A stretch of DNA of 64,000 bases from Eledone cirrhosa (GCA_964016885.1 OZ024740.1:147374001-147438000), one strand, 5' to 3'; shown: positions 14,119 to 28,630, counted from the stretch's first letter. The notes: a model not told the origin generated them from the letters alone. Made by a program: numbers and translations.

Positions 14119-15211
14119 TTGGAGCATAGGATAATATAAAATACTGTGCTCTGAGTTCAAATCTTGTCGAATTCAACTTTGTCTTTCATTCTTTTGGAGT
14201 TAAAATAAAATACCAGTTCAAGGCAGGGGATTGGCAGAATTGTTTGAACATTGGACGAGATGCCGTGCAATATTTGTTCTATCTCTTTGTGCTCTAAATT
14301 CCAATGCTTTTGTTGCTTACTTGAGTGGTAGACTTAATCTGTTACTCAGTTTAATATAGCCATATAACCCATGGGTGCCTTCAACAGAGTCCACTTTGAT
14401 GTCACATGCATTCAAACTAGGTGTCAGGTTTGTAGATAACTTTCACCCACAAGTCTCAAAGGCCTCGAAAGCTGGTATGGCTACTCCCTCCCTCTTCCTT
14501 GATTAAAACCATAAACATTCTGTCCGCTGGGGCGGCCAACACGTGGGACCCTATTTACTCACAATAGAGAGAGATGGGGAGGGTGAGAGAAATGGAGACG
14601 ATGGCAGTGGAAGTTAGGCTCTTCTATGTTCGAACCTGGTGTACAGAGTCAGTTGTCCGTAAGGAGGACGTTTTTGGAGACCTTAAAAAACTGTTACTTC
14701 AACTAGTACTTCTAAAACTAAAACGACTTACCATTGCCATTATCATTGACAGGATTATACCACCACCACTAACAGAGCCTCTGAGGGGAAATTTACATTG
14801 TGAAACATGACTACTTTTGGGGGTGGGGACAGGGAGTGGAAAACTCTACTTAAAATTAAAGGAGGCTTGGCGTTTCTTTTTTAAGTTGTAAAAGTTTGCA
14901 CGAGTCTCTCTTTGTACAGGTTGAATGCCTCACTTATAGGTCCTAACCATTACTCCTACAAACGTTACTACCAAAATTGTATAGAATCAGAAAAGTTCAT
15001 AGTGGGAAACATCCATTTCTTAAAATAGGGAGTTAGTAGTTTTCTAATTTGTTTTAAAATATTTTAGTTTATTTATTTTAAAACTAAGTCATTATTAAAT
15101 ATAGAAGAAAAGCTGTCAAAAAGTAATCCTAATTCATGCAAAAACTATTTTAAAAAACCTTCCTGTTAACTATGATGTGAATGTGTAGCAACATTACTTT
15201 TTCCATTTCAT

Positions 15212-15251
<40 letters not shown>

Positions 15252-15382
15252 GTGAGGTTTTTTTTACAAAATGAAAAATAACCGAGGTGTCTTACACGAG
15301 TGAAAGTATAAAGAAAAATAGATGAAATCGAAAATGCAACTGGAGTCTTATTTTTTTTTAAAATATATATATTTATTTGGTT

Positions 15383-15420
15383 CCTTTACCGGTTTCGCAG
15401 TTCTTCTGCTTTTCAAAAGG
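15383..15420 (-). ncRNA. Minimal type I hammerhead ribozyme with UUGAAAA (U3-A8) core, in a short insert (about 15246-15445) between (TA)n tracts
   Basis: Minus strand: CCUU-UUGAAAA-GCAG(AAGAA)CUGC-GAAA-CCG-GUA-AAGG. Stems I and II are perfect; stem III region is palindromic (ACCGGU). Confidence 0.75.
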
Positions 15421-15454
15421 TGAGTTGAGATGGAGGGTCTGTGGTTTTTATATA

Positions 15455-15504
<50 letters not shown>

Positions 15505-15507
<3 letters not shown>

Positions 15508-16975
15508 CATCACAGCTTCAAATTTAGCTAAACTACCTAGCCGTAGGAACACGTGCAACCCTGTAGTTAGTACTAACTGTAATTGTAGGAATCGGGCTGA
15601 TTGCCCCCTATCCGGGAAATGCCTCTCTAGTAACATTGTCTACAAATGTAAGGTTGTAACACCCACGTCCCGTAGGGCCTACATAGGGTTAACTGCCAAT
15701 AGTTTCAAGCAGCGTCTTTACATACATACCCATTCTTTTCGTTACCCTCTAAGAAGGAATATGACGTCACTTTCAGCTTATATCTGGAGTCTAAAAGACA
15801 ACCACACCCAATATAAGTTACACTGGGAGATCCTAGCTAGGGCTAGATCGTATAACGGAAATAAAAGACCATGTGACCTCTGCGCCGCTGAGGCCCTGGA
15901 AATACTCTACGCCACAGACCACATCTTAAACAAAAAATCTGAGGCAATTTCGGCTTGTAAACATAAATTGCACAAACATTTCCTGTATTACAGCCCCACG
16001 TTATACCCTAACGGATAGTACGATAGTGGGAATTAAGTATATGTTTTGTTTATTCTTTTACTTATTTGCATAGGTAAGTATATATTACCTGTATGTTTTG
16101 TGAAGGTTGTATACCTTCTCGTACGTATATTTGATTGTTATGGCGTATAATTTTTATATATTCTGGTATTTAGGGTTTGGCTATGTGTATACGGGAGTTT
16201 TGCGTCTGCGTGAGTATGCAGGTTCGTACGTATGGTGGGTGTGTGTATATGTGTACTTCTTGTTTTAGTTGACTTACGTCTCCGAACATTCGTGTATTTA
16301 TATGTAGGTATGTGTGTGCGCTTGTTATATACGTATTTATTTACTTATATACGTTTATATAATTATTTATTTATTTGTACACAAGCATACACACACACAT
16401 ATTTACATGTGCGTGGTTGTATACCTATGGTAAGGTTTTGCGTATGCTTGTGTATGTACGTATTTGTTTGCGTGTATGTACTTATTTATTTCTATTACTT
16501 CTGTATTGTATTTATTTACTTTGTTCTTAACTCTGTAGCGGAGATTCATTTGGTCTCCTAGTTAAAATTTTAGTCTACGACTTCTGCTATACCATTTACG
16601 TGGTTTTGTCTTTGCGTGCTATTGTTCTCCACGCTCCACATATGACTTATTATCTTCGTTTTTTCGTTCATTGCCAGAGAACGTCTCTATGCACCACCTA
16701 AGAGAACATTAGTCTACGACCTCTTTTATACCTAAACGTGGTTCTGTCTTCGCGCGTAATTGTTTTTCACCGCTCCTTTTAATGACGTATTATTCGTTTT
16801 TTCCCGTTCTTTGCCAGCGAACGTTTCCACGAACCGAAGTATCGTCTTCCTGTCTTCCTCCGGTTGCAACGTTTTTTGAAATATCCAGTTCTGCGTTTAC
16901 AGATTGACTTTGTTAGTTTCAGAATATCCCTTTAAGGGTGAAAGCAGCGATTCTTTGCTTAAACTTTAATCTGTT
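15505..16975 (+). mobile_element. 5'-truncated Penelope-like element (GIY-YIG domain + 3' UTR)
   Basis: ORF to 16018: CNCRNRADCPLSGKCLSSNIVYKCKV...AYIGLTANSFKQR...CDLCAAE..LNKKSE..CKH. About 138-bp duplication at 16571-16830; (TA)n on both sides. Confidence 0.85.
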
Positions 16976-16998
16976 ATTTTAATAAATATATATATATA

Positions 16999-17116
<118 letters not shown>

Positions 17117-17160
17117 CATATATATATATATACATATGTACACATATATACATATATATC

Positions 17161-19945
17161 AATACACATTTCCATCAATAGAAGCACAAACTAACCCTTA
17201 TTAAGAGTTTAAATATAAATAAGAACAATAATAATAAAAATAAAAATAAAAATACAAATGAAATACAAATAAAATTAAAAATATAATACATATAATATTT
17301 ACAGTATAAAATGAAGAATAAATGATTAAAAGTAAGCATAAAATATATAATAAACTATATAATTATATAATAGATAATCTCCGGTTAATTTGCACAAACA
17401 ATATAAATGTTACAATAACACTAAAATAACCATATTATAATATAATGGCATATAACTTAACAAATCATATAGAGTTACAGACCGGGTGAGAAAAAATATT
17501 GTACAGAACTAAATTATATTGGAAAAATTATGTTGGAAAAATATCAAAACCATTGCAAGAAAATAGATGGAGGTCAAATTTCTATACAGTTGGTGTAAAT
17601 AAATATTATCCAAACATTACAAGAATTATAAAAATATAAACATATTACAGGATTTACAGAATTTAACATAACATAATGGTACATTTAATAATCGGTAAAT
17701 AATAAAGATCAGTAGTACGTTTACAAAGAGTGGAATGATATAAAATTTCAATATAAAATATTGAACATAGTATAATATACATAATTACATGGTTGGTGGA
17801 GAGACATTTGTGAATAAGTGAATGAGAGCCAGACAGACAGACTACGCACGGTAGTATAAATATATAAATAAAATCAACCGGAAATCGAAAAACAAAAACA
17901 AAAGTATTTACTTAGGTGTCACATGCAGTTAAGTAAAAAATTTAGGAAACAAAGCCGGATAAATGACTAGAAAACCCTATTAAATTAATTAATATTGAAA
18001 GTACTTAAAATACATAATAAGTCCATACAAAATTAGCTATGGTTTAAGTAATCAAAATCCCCGAATTTAAAGATATCACTATAAAAATATATCTGGAAAA
18101 AATGAAATATTCAACTATCAGTTGAATAACGTTATCTAATAAACAGACTTTAAATAGAGTTATGGTAGGCCAATGGGGACAGAAAAAAGAAATGTATGGA
18201 GGATACGAAAGAGCATAAAATCATAATCAACATACTGTATTATACAATAGAAAGGAGCGAAAAAGGGAATTTAATATAATTATAGTATATTTGAAGGGGC
18301 GAGTGACAAGTGTGTATGTGTGTGTATGAGGGGGGGTAGTTATCCAAAGAAGAATCCAAATAAAATAAAATAAAATAATATAAAATAAAATAAAATATAT
18401 AATCAGATATAAACTCATAAGGTGTTAATAGTGAAAATATAATATTTAAGAAGATAGAAATGGTATGGTAGCCAAAAGATTATGAAAAGTTGTCAAAAGC
18501 CAATGATAAAAATGATGATAATGATGGTGGTAAACATAATGAACCTAACCTAAAAAGATAAGGGAATGTAGCAGCTAATGGATGCAATTTACACTACTAG
18601 AACCTTTAGGTTTATAATAAAAGTAAGAATTTGAAATGGCGTGGGGGCAAGAAGAGAATATCTCAGACTTTCTATTAAGTAAGGTTTCCCTAGAGAAAAT
18701 TATAGAGTGGGTCTCAAGGATACAGAGATTACAAAATTTAGTATGTGTTGAAAGGTTATTAGAGCGTGCTACTATACGCCAACTAAGGCTATATGGTATA
18801 TTAGCCCCCTTAAGATCCCAGATATGGTGTGCTAAAGAAGTAGAATTCTTAAACTTAACATGTTTAAAATTAGAGATATGAGAATTAAACCTAGTCTTAA
18901 AAGTGTTAGATGTAGAGCCTATATATGTACCAACTGTATAGAAATTTGACCTCCATCTATTTTCTTGCAATGGTTTTGATATTTTTCCAACTTAATTTTT
19001 CCAATATAATTTAGTTCTGTACAATATTTTTTCTCACCCGGTCTGTAACTCTATATGATTTGTTAAGTTATATGCCATTATATTATAATATGGTTATTTT
19101 AGTGTTATTGTAACATTTATATTGTTTGTGCAAATTAACCGGAGATTATCTATTATATAATTATATAGTTTATTATATATTTTATGCTTACTTTTAATCA
19201 TTTATTCTTCATTTTATACTGTAAATATTATATGTATTATATTTTTAATTTTATTTGTATTTCATTTGTATTTTTATTTTTATTTTTATTATTATTATTA
19301 TTATTTATATTTAAACTCTTAATAAGGCTTAGTTTGTGCTTCTATTGATGGAAATGTGTATTGATATATATGTATATATGTGTACATATGTATATATATA
19401 TATATATATGTATATTGGGCCTTTTAACATTATTATTATTATCATTATTAATTATATTATATTATATTATATTATATTATATTATATTATATTATATTAT
19501 ATTATATTATATTATATTATATATAGTACAATAATTCCCGCTCTATATCACCACCTCTGTTTTAGCTCTAGTTTTTGCATTGGACTATATTTGTAATATG
19601 GTTCAAAATGTTACTTACTTCCTTAGCAATTTTCACTTGATAATTTTTTACTTGATAATTTTTACCCGATTATTTTCCTATGGTTTAATCTATGTACACT
19701 CCATATTCTTCTGAGTTTTCGGCTTGTATTGGCTGATAGTGCTTCTTATAGCTTTAATTGCCCTGATGAGTCCTTAATAGGACGAAACATTGTTGGCTAA
19801 TAAAGACTTTTGATGTATTGAAGGGTTCTTTGGTTTATTTTCATAATTCTTCGGCTCTGTTTAATTACATTGAGCTATACCTTTACTGTCATTTCTATAA
19901 TACGAAGAGGGTGTTTAACTCCAACACACTCTAGTATTTCAATTC
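17161..19945 (-). mobile_element. 5'-truncated PLE with inverted 3' repeat
   Basis: GIY-YIG C-terminal part on minus strand (18575-18930: YIGSTSNTFKTRF..CNLCILE..LLNRKSE). 17161-17594 is the reverse complement of 18929-19363. The inverted copy continues to an HHR; (TA)n flanks. Confidence 0.85.
19758..19800 (+). ncRNA. Minimal type I hammerhead ribozyme
   Basis: GCC-CUGAUGA-GUCCU(UAAU)AGGAC-GAAA-CAUU-GUU-GGC. Confidence 0.75.
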
Positions 19946-19950
19946 CTATA

Positions 19951-20141
<191 letters not shown>

Positions 20142-20280
20142 GAAAAGTGTAATTTACTACACAAAACGAAGGTTATAGAGAAAATTGAGGTTGGTAATGG
20201 CACATGGAATATATAAGAGACAGAATACTTTTTTGTGAAAAAACATAATTTTATAAGGTAAGGAAATAATAAAGGGTATA

Positions 20281-20330
20281 AAAAATGACCGGTTTCGATG
20301 GGTCTGCAAAAGCCATCTTTTCAAATGTTG
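20281..20330 (-). ncRNA. HHR-like motif with UUGAAAA core in PLE 3' repeat
   Basis: Minus: UUGAAAA-GAUGG(cuuuugcagac)CCAUC-GAAA-CCG-GUC; stem I pairing is weak. Confidence 0.55.
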
Positions 20331-20665
20331 ATTAATATTAAGAAAAATTAATAATAAGAAGAGTTAAAATTTGAGATTTGAAAATTCAAGTATAGAATTC
20401 ATTGTGGGATTTCATAGTAGTTTTCATCTTGGTAGCAGCTCGTTGACTGCTTCTGGTAGTGAATGAGAAGTTATTTGGGGTGTGGGTTATTTTATAAAGG
20501 TCAAATTTAGCAGTGGCCAGATGGCCAGCTGCTGGTCAGTGAGGGGGTGGAAGCAATATACATACATATATCTTCCTGTGCTCGGTAGGAGAGGGGAGAT
20601 TGATAGAAAGGGATTTAGTGCACTTACACCTATATATACACACATACCTTCATCCACACATACAT

Positions 20666-20732
<67 letters not shown>

Positions 20733-20803
20733 CACACATACATACACACACACATACATATACATACACACATACACACACACATATATGCACATACACA
20801 CAC

Positions 20804-20840
<37 letters not shown>

Positions 20841-21154
20841 TATATATACATACACATACATCCAGATACACACATACATACATACACACACACACACACA
20901 TATATATATATGTGTACATACATATATATACACACATATACATACACATATATATACACACACCCACACATACATACACACACACATATATATACATACA
21001 CACATACAAACACACACACACACACATATATATACACATACACACACATATATATATACACACACACACACATATATATATACACATACGCATACATCCA
21101 GATACACACATACATACACACACACACACGCACACACAATACATACATCCACAT

Positions 21155-21225
<71 letters not shown>

Positions 21226-21635
21226 TACATACACCCACACACATATACACATACATACACCCACACACAGAGAAATGGCCTCCAAATATATATATATACA
21301 TACATACACATATATTGTTTCCATAATATAAGTTAGGGCAGTGAAATTAAAATACAAGTCATTCTGATCACATTGAGTTCTTCATGTAGATTGGGCCCCG
21401 CAACCGACAGTGGTGAATTCTGTGTGCGCATATATATATAGATATATGTGTGTGCACGTGCAGGGTTTAACATGGATGTGTTGGTCACACAAAGGCATGG
21501 TCTGTCAACGAATAAACCTGATTCTACAGAATTGGTCTCTGGTCTTTAATAGTAGTGATAATTATATACATGCACACATACAAACACATATATCTGTCAC
21601 TCCGTGCGTATGTGTGTTTATATTTTATGACAATT

Positions 21636-22661
21636 CTATTGGGGTGATAACCCGTTTAGTTTTGGTTTAAATTTGTTAAGGAATAGATTTTCTTTGTTTA
21701 TTCTTTGTTGCTGTGTGAACGAATCTGAGCACTTGTAGAAGGGGAAGATTTTAAAGTTGGGTAGTGTCATTCCTGCACAGTTCGCAATATGGCTGCTCAA
21801 GGGGATTTTTCTTGTGCTAGCGTCCCGCATTTGTTGGCGGTGGATGGTCATTCTTTTGCGTAATGAGGTGCCCGTCTGTCGTATGTAGTTGTGTTTGCAC
21901 CCACCGCAAGTTATTGCGTAAATCAAGTTCTCCGAGTTGCAGGTGAAATTGTTTTTTACTGTAAATGTTTGGCCATCTTTAAATGTAAATTTTTGTCCTT
22001 CAGTGAGGTAGAGGCACGTTCCGCAGTTTGTTCTACCACATTTGGTAACTGTAGGGTTGAGGATTGGTTTGGGTATATTTGGTCCAGTGAGAATGCGTTT
22101 TAGTGATTTGGGTTGTCTTTTACTTTTAAGGATCTTGTGTGTTTCAAGAATAGACTTCATTTTTACATCTTTAAGTAGGATGGGGAGGTTTTTGTGTAGG
22201 TGATCAAACATTTCGGTATTTCTGGGGTTAAAAGTGGATACATATGGCAGGGTGTTGAGTGTGGTTTTCTGTTTTGGATTGTTAAGTTGATGGGGATTTA
22301 GGTGTTTTGCCCTGTCTATTCCATTGTTGATTATTTCAAGTGGAAAGGCTCTTAAGATAAGGGTGTCTTTTAGTTCCTTTAGTCTTTGCTCCCGTTTAGG
22401 TGGATCTGATACTATGGTACATATACGTTTGGCCAAATTGTAAGGAATGTTAAGTTTTGTATGTTTTGGGTGACTTGATGTGAAAAAGAGGTATTGCTTG
22501 GAATCTGTGGGTTTATAGAATATATCTGTATCTAATTTCCCGTCTATTACAGAGATGAGAATATCCAAGAAGGCTAATTCCTTGGGATTGGATTCCATTG
22601 TGAATTGTATGTTATTATCTATGTTGTTTATCATGTTTTTAAACATAGTAAGTGAGTTCAT
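21636..22661 (-). pseudogene. PLE ORF remnant: RT thumb + GIY-YIG endonuclease
   Basis: 341-aa ORF with FLDILI, FYKPTDS, CGRTNCGTC, NLIYAITCGGCKHNYIRQTG. Confidence 0.85.
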
Positions 22662-23574
22662 GTCTTCTTGCCATAGGATAAAGCAGTCGTCTAGATATCT
22701 TTTCCAATTGGCTTTGAGGTGTGTGTGTGGAAAGAGTCTCCAAATAAGAGAAGGGACTGACTGTATATTTGTTGTTCATGGAATCCCATGACTAGGTTGG
22801 CATATGTGGGTGCTACTTTCGTGCCCATTGCCGTACCTGATACTTGTCTGTATGTTGAACCATTGAATGTGAAGTAGTTATTTTGTAGGATAAAGCGGAG
22901 TCCGTCAGTGATAAAATCTTTCTTGATGCGTGTCGGTATTTCTGATGGGCGTGTGTTAAGCCAGTATTGGACTGCTGTTATTCCATAGTTGTGGGGTATG
23001 TTTGTGTAGAGGTTTATTACGTCAAAGGAGACAAGAATTGTATTTGCACTTACTGTTTTAGGGAGGTGTTTCAGCATGTCAAGGTCATCTCGTATGTAGC
23101 TCTGTATATGTTGTAGAAAGGGTTTCAGTAGGATGTCCAGAAAGTTGCTAAGTCTGTGGGTTCACATGTAGGGCCTGCTATAATTGGCCTGAGTTTTAGG
23201 TCTTCTGGTGGTGTTAGTTCAATGTAATTGTTGGTTGAGGTGTCACATGCATCGTTTATGGGTTTACATTTGTGGAGTTTCGGTAAGCCGTAAAAAGAGC
23301 TTGTATTGCATTTGAAGTGGCTTATATAGTTAAACTCTTTTGTGGTTAAGCTGTTGCGGTATTTATTCAGTAAGGTCAAAAGGCTTTTGCAGACCCATCG
23401 AAACCGGTCATTTTTTATACCCTTTATTATTTCCTTACCTTATAAAATTATATGTTTTTTCACAAAAAAGTATTCTGTCTCTTATATATTCCATGTGCCA
23501 TTACCAACCTCAATTTTCTCTATATATTTATATATATATATATTTATATATATATATATTTATATATATATATT

Positions 23575-23609
<35 letters not shown>

Positions 23610-23626
23610 ATTTATATATATATATT

Positions 23627-23657
<31 letters not shown>

Positions 23658-23716
23658 ATTTATATATATATATATTTATATATATATATTTATATATATA
23701 TATATTTATATATATA

Positions 23717-23813
<97 letters not shown>

Positions 23814-23892
23814 TTATATATATTTATATATATATATTTATATATATATATTTATATATATATATATTTATATATATATATTTATATATATA

Positions 23893-23950
<58 letters not shown>

Positions 23951-24070
23951 TATAGACATAGAATATTCGAAAATATTCTGTATGTTTATAATAAACATTT
24001 TGAAGACCTAATCGCTATAGAATAGAATACGTCACGTATTACAATTAGATTCTCGATAAAAGCAAGGGAA

Positions 24071-24113
24071 GTAATCTACGCGTTTCATTCTCGTTAGAAA
24101 TCATCAGGACTAC
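24071..24113 (-). ncRNA. Type I hammerhead ribozyme (also at 24381, 24691, 25001, 25311)
   Basis: Reverse complement of the motif at 25703-25745. Confidence 0.9.
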
Positions 24114-25702
24114 ATATCCAGTGCTTTTATCGAGAATGACACAGCTAGAGACTTATAGAATACTTAGCTGTGTACAGGAACTGGTTTGAAAGAGCGGTTG
24201 CCGGTCCGGCAGAAATTAGAAATTGGAATAAATGCTCTGAAATAGCGATATATATGTGAATATAGACATAGAATATTCGAAAATATTCTGTATGTTTATA
24301 ATAAACATTTTGAAGACCTAATCGCTATAGAATAGAATACGTCACGTATTACAATTAGATTCTCGATAAAAGCAAGGGAAGTAATCTACGCGTTTCATTC
24401 TCGTTAGAAATCATCAGGACTACATATCCAGTGCTTTTATCGAGAATGACACAGCTAGAGACTTATAGAATACTTAGCTGTGTACAGGAACTGGTTTGAA
24501 AGAGCGGTTGCCGGTCCGGCAGAAATTAGAAATTGGAATAAATGCTCTGAAATAGCGATATATATGTGAATATAGACATAGAATATTCGAAAATATTCTG
24601 TATGTTTATAATAAACATTTTGAAGACCTAATCGCTATAGAATAGAATACGTCACGTATTACAATTAGATTCTCGATAAAAGCAAGGGAAGTAATCTACG
24701 CGTTTCATTCTCGTTAGAAATCATCAGGACTACATATCCAGTGCTTTTATCGAGAATGACACAGCTAGAGACTTATAGAATACTTAGCTGTGTACAGGAA
24801 CTGGTTTGAAAGAGCGGTTGCCGGTCCGGCAGAAATTAGAAATTGGAATAAATGCTCTGAAATAGCGATATATATGTGAATATAGACATAGAATATTCGA
24901 AAATATTCTGTATGTTTATAATAAACATTTTGAAGACCTAATCGCTATAGAATAGAATACGTCACGTATTACAATTAGATTCTCGATAAAAGCAAGGGAA
25001 GTAATCTACGCGTTTCATTCTCGTTAGAAATCATCAGGACTACATATCCAGTGCTTTTATCGAGAATGACACAGCTAGAGACTTATAGAATACTTAGCTG
25101 TGTACAGGAACTGGTTTGAAAGAGCGGTTGCCGGTCCGGCAGAAATTAGAAATTGGAATAAATGCTCTGAAATAGCGATATATATGTGAATATAGACATA
25201 GAATATTCGAAAATATTCTGTATGTTTATAATAAACATTTTGAAGACCTAATCGCTATAGAATAGAATACGTCACGTATTACAATTAGATTCTCGATAAA
25301 AGCAAGGGAAGTAATCTACGCGTTTCATTCTCGTTAGAAATCATCAGGACTACATATCCAGTGCTTTTATCGAGAATGACACAGCTAGAGACTTATAGAA
25401 TACTTAGCTGTGTACAGGAACTGGTTTGAAAGAGCGGTTGCCGGTCCGGCAGAAATTAGAAATTGGAATAAATGCTCTGAAATAGCGATATATATGTGAA
25501 TATAGACATAGAATATTCGAAAATATTCTGTATGTTTATAATAAACATTTTGACATTCACATATATATCGCTATTTCAGAGCATTTATTCCAATTTCTAA
25601 TTTCTGCCGGACCGGCAACCGCTCTTTCAAACCAGTTCCTGTACACAGCTAAGTATTCTATAAGTCTCTAGCTGTGTCATTCTCGATAAAAGCACTGGAT
25701 AT

Positions 25703-25745
25703 GTAGTCCTGATGATTTCTAACGAGAATGAAACGCGTAGATTAC
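25703..25745 (+). ncRNA. Type I hammerhead ribozyme (repeated every 310 bp to 28183; 9 plus-strand copies)
   Basis: GUAGUC-CUGAUGA-uUUCU(AACG)AGAAu-GAAA-CGC-GUA-GAUUAC. Palindromic ACGCGU stem III; stem I extended by the 16-bp helix auucucgauaaaagca/ugcuuuuaucgagaau. Confidence 0.9.
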
Positions 25746-28378
25746 TTCCCTTGCTTTTATCGAGAATCTAATTGTAATACGTGACGTATTCTATTCTATA
25801 GCGATTAGGTCTTCAAAATGTTTATTATAAACATACAGAATATTTTCGAATATTCTATGTCTATATTCACATATATATCGCTATTTCAGAGCATTTATTC
25901 CAATTTCTAATTTCTGCCGGACCGGCAACCGCTCTTTCAAACCAGTTCCTGTACACAGCTAAGTATTCTATAAGTCTCTAGCTGTGTCATTCTCGATAAA
26001 AGCACTGGATATGTAGTCCTGATGATTTCTAACGAGAATGAAACGCGTAGATTACTTCCCTTGCTTTTATCGAGAATCTAATTGTAATACGTGACGTATT
26101 CTATTCTATAGCGATTAGGTCTTCAAAATGTTTATTATAAACATACAGAATATTTTCGAATATTCTATGTCTATATTCACATATATATCGCTATTTCAGA
26201 GCATTTATTCCAATTTCTAATTTCTGCCGGACCGGCAACCGCTCTTTCAAACCAGTTCCTGTACACAGCTAAGTATTCTATAAGTCTCTAGCTGTGTCAT
26301 TCTCGATAAAAGCACTGGATATGTAGTCCTGATGATTTCTAACGAGAATGAAACGCGTAGATTACTTCCCTTGCTTTTATCGAGAATCTAATTGTAATAC
26401 GTGACGTATTCTATTCTATAGCGATTAGGTCTTCAAAATGTTTATTATAAACATACAGAATATTTTCGAATATTCTATGTCTATATTCACATATATATCG
26501 CTATTTCAGAGCATTTATTCCAATTTCTAATTTCTGCCGGACCGGCAACCGCTCTTTCAAACCAGTTCCTGTACACAGCTAAGTATTCTATAAGTCTCTA
26601 GCTGTGTCATTCTCGATAAAAGCACTGGATATGTAGTCCTGATGATTTCTAACGAGAATGAAACGCGTAGATTACTTCCCTTGCTTTTATCGAGAATCTA
26701 ATTGTAATACGTGACGTATTCTATTCTATAGCGATTAGGTCTTCAAAATGTTTATTATAAACATACAGAATATTTTCGAATATTCTATGTCTATATTCAC
26801 ATATATATCGCTATTTCAGAGCATTTATTCCAATTTCTAATTTCTGCCGGACCGGCAACCGCTCTTTCAAACCAGTTCCTGTACACAGCTAAGTATTCTA
26901 TAAGTCTCTAGCTGTGTCATTCTCGATAAAAGCACTGGATATGTAGTCCTGATGATTTCTAACGAGAATGAAACGCGTAGATTACTTCCCTTGCTTTTAT
27001 CGAGAATCTAATTGTAATACGTGACGTATTCTATTCTATAGCGATTAGGTCTTCAAAATGTTTATTATAAACATACAGAATATTTTCGAATATTCTATGT
27101 CTATATTCACATATATATCGCTATTTCAGAGCATTTATTCCAATTTCTAATTTCTGCCGGACCGGCAACCGCTCTTTCAAACCAGTTCCTGTACACAGCT
27201 AAGTATTCTATAAGTCTCTAGCTGTGTCATTCTCGATAAAAGCACTGGATATGTAGTCCTGATGATTTCTAACGAGAATGAAACGCGTAGATTACTTCCC
27301 TTGCTTTTATCGAGAATCTAATTGTAATACGTGACGTATTCTATTCTATAGCGATTAGGTCTTCAAAATGTTTATTATAAACATACAGAATATTTTCGAA
27401 TATTCTATGTCTATATTCACATATATATCGCTATTTCAGAGCATTTATTCCAATTTCTAATTTCTGCCGGACCGGCAACCGCTCTTTCAAACCAGTTCCT
27501 GTACACAGCTAAGTATTCTATAAGTCTCTAGCTGTGTCATTCTCGATAAAAGCACTGGATATGTAGTCCTGATGATTTCTAACGAGAATGAAACGCGTAG
27601 ATTACTTCCCTTGCTTTTATCGAGAATCTAATTGTAATACGTGACGTATTCTATTCTATAGCGATTAGGTCTTCAAAATGTTTATTATAAACATACAGAA
27701 TATTTTCGAATATTCTATGTCTATATTCACATATATATCGCTATTTCAGAGCATTTATTCCAATTTCTAATTTCTGCCGGACCGGCAACCGCTCTTTCAA
27801 ACCAGTTCCTGTACACAGCTAAGTATTCTATAAGTCTCTAGCTGTGTCATTCTCGATAAAAGCACTGGATATGTAGTCCTGATGATTTCTAACGAGAATG
27901 AAACGCGTAGATTACTTCCCTTGCTTTTATCGAGAATCTAATTGTAATACGTGACGTATTCTATTCTATAGCGATTAGGTCTTCAAAATGTTTATTATAA
28001 ACATACAGAATATTTTCGAATATTCTATGTCTATATTCACATATATATCGCTATTTCAGAGCATTTATTCCAATTTCTAATTTCTGCCGGACCGGCAACC
28101 GCTCTTTCAAACCAGTTCCTGTACACAGCTAAGTATTCTATAAGTCTCTAGCTGTGTCATTCTCGATAAAAGCACTGGATATGTAGTCCTGATGATTTCT
28201 AACGAGAATGAAACGCGTAGATTACTTCCCTTGCTTTTATCGAGAATCTAATTGTAATACGTGACGTATTCTATTCTATAGCGATTAGGTCTTCAAAATG
28301 TTTATTATAAACATACAGAATATTTTCGAATATTCTATGTCTATATTCACATATATATCGCTATTTCAGAGCATTTAT

Positions 28379-28462
<84 letters not shown>

Positions 28463-28557
28463 ATATTTATATATACATATATATATATTTATATATACAT
28501 ATATATATATATTTATATATACATATATATATATATATATTTATATATACATATATT

Positions 28558-28610
<53 letters not shown>

Positions 28611-28630
28611 ATTTATATATATATATATAT

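Larger units (their letters stand above)
20143..23521 (-). mobile_element. 5'-truncated PLE (RT + GIY-YIG, frameshifted) with about 140-bp inverted 3' repeat
   Basis: ORFs 23125-23379 (FYGLPKLHK, LRPIIAGP), 22691-23077 (SFDVINLYTNIP, GTAMGTKVAPTYANL), 21636-22661 (FLDI, KPTD, LIYAITC..YIRQTG). 23382-23521 is the reverse complement of about 20175-20314. Confidence 0.92.
23947..28384. repeat. Tandem array of a 310-bp HHR-containing unit (retrozyme-like): about 5.2 copies on minus, about 9.1 on plus, inverted at about 25554
   Basis: tatagacata recurs at 23951, 24261, 24571, 24881, 25191, 25501; reverse-complement units run from 25555. Copies look identical; no real ORF; (TA)n flanks. Confidence 0.95.

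Noticed and set aside
20482-21357. Long ORFs in several frames (YI/HT/CV repeats), also at 23340-24025 and 44161-44676
   Set aside because: Artefacts of dinucleotide microsatellites, which lack stop codons.
23947-28384. CRISPR array or ordinary satellite
   Set aside because: No variable spacers and a eukaryotic context; each unit carries a full HHR.
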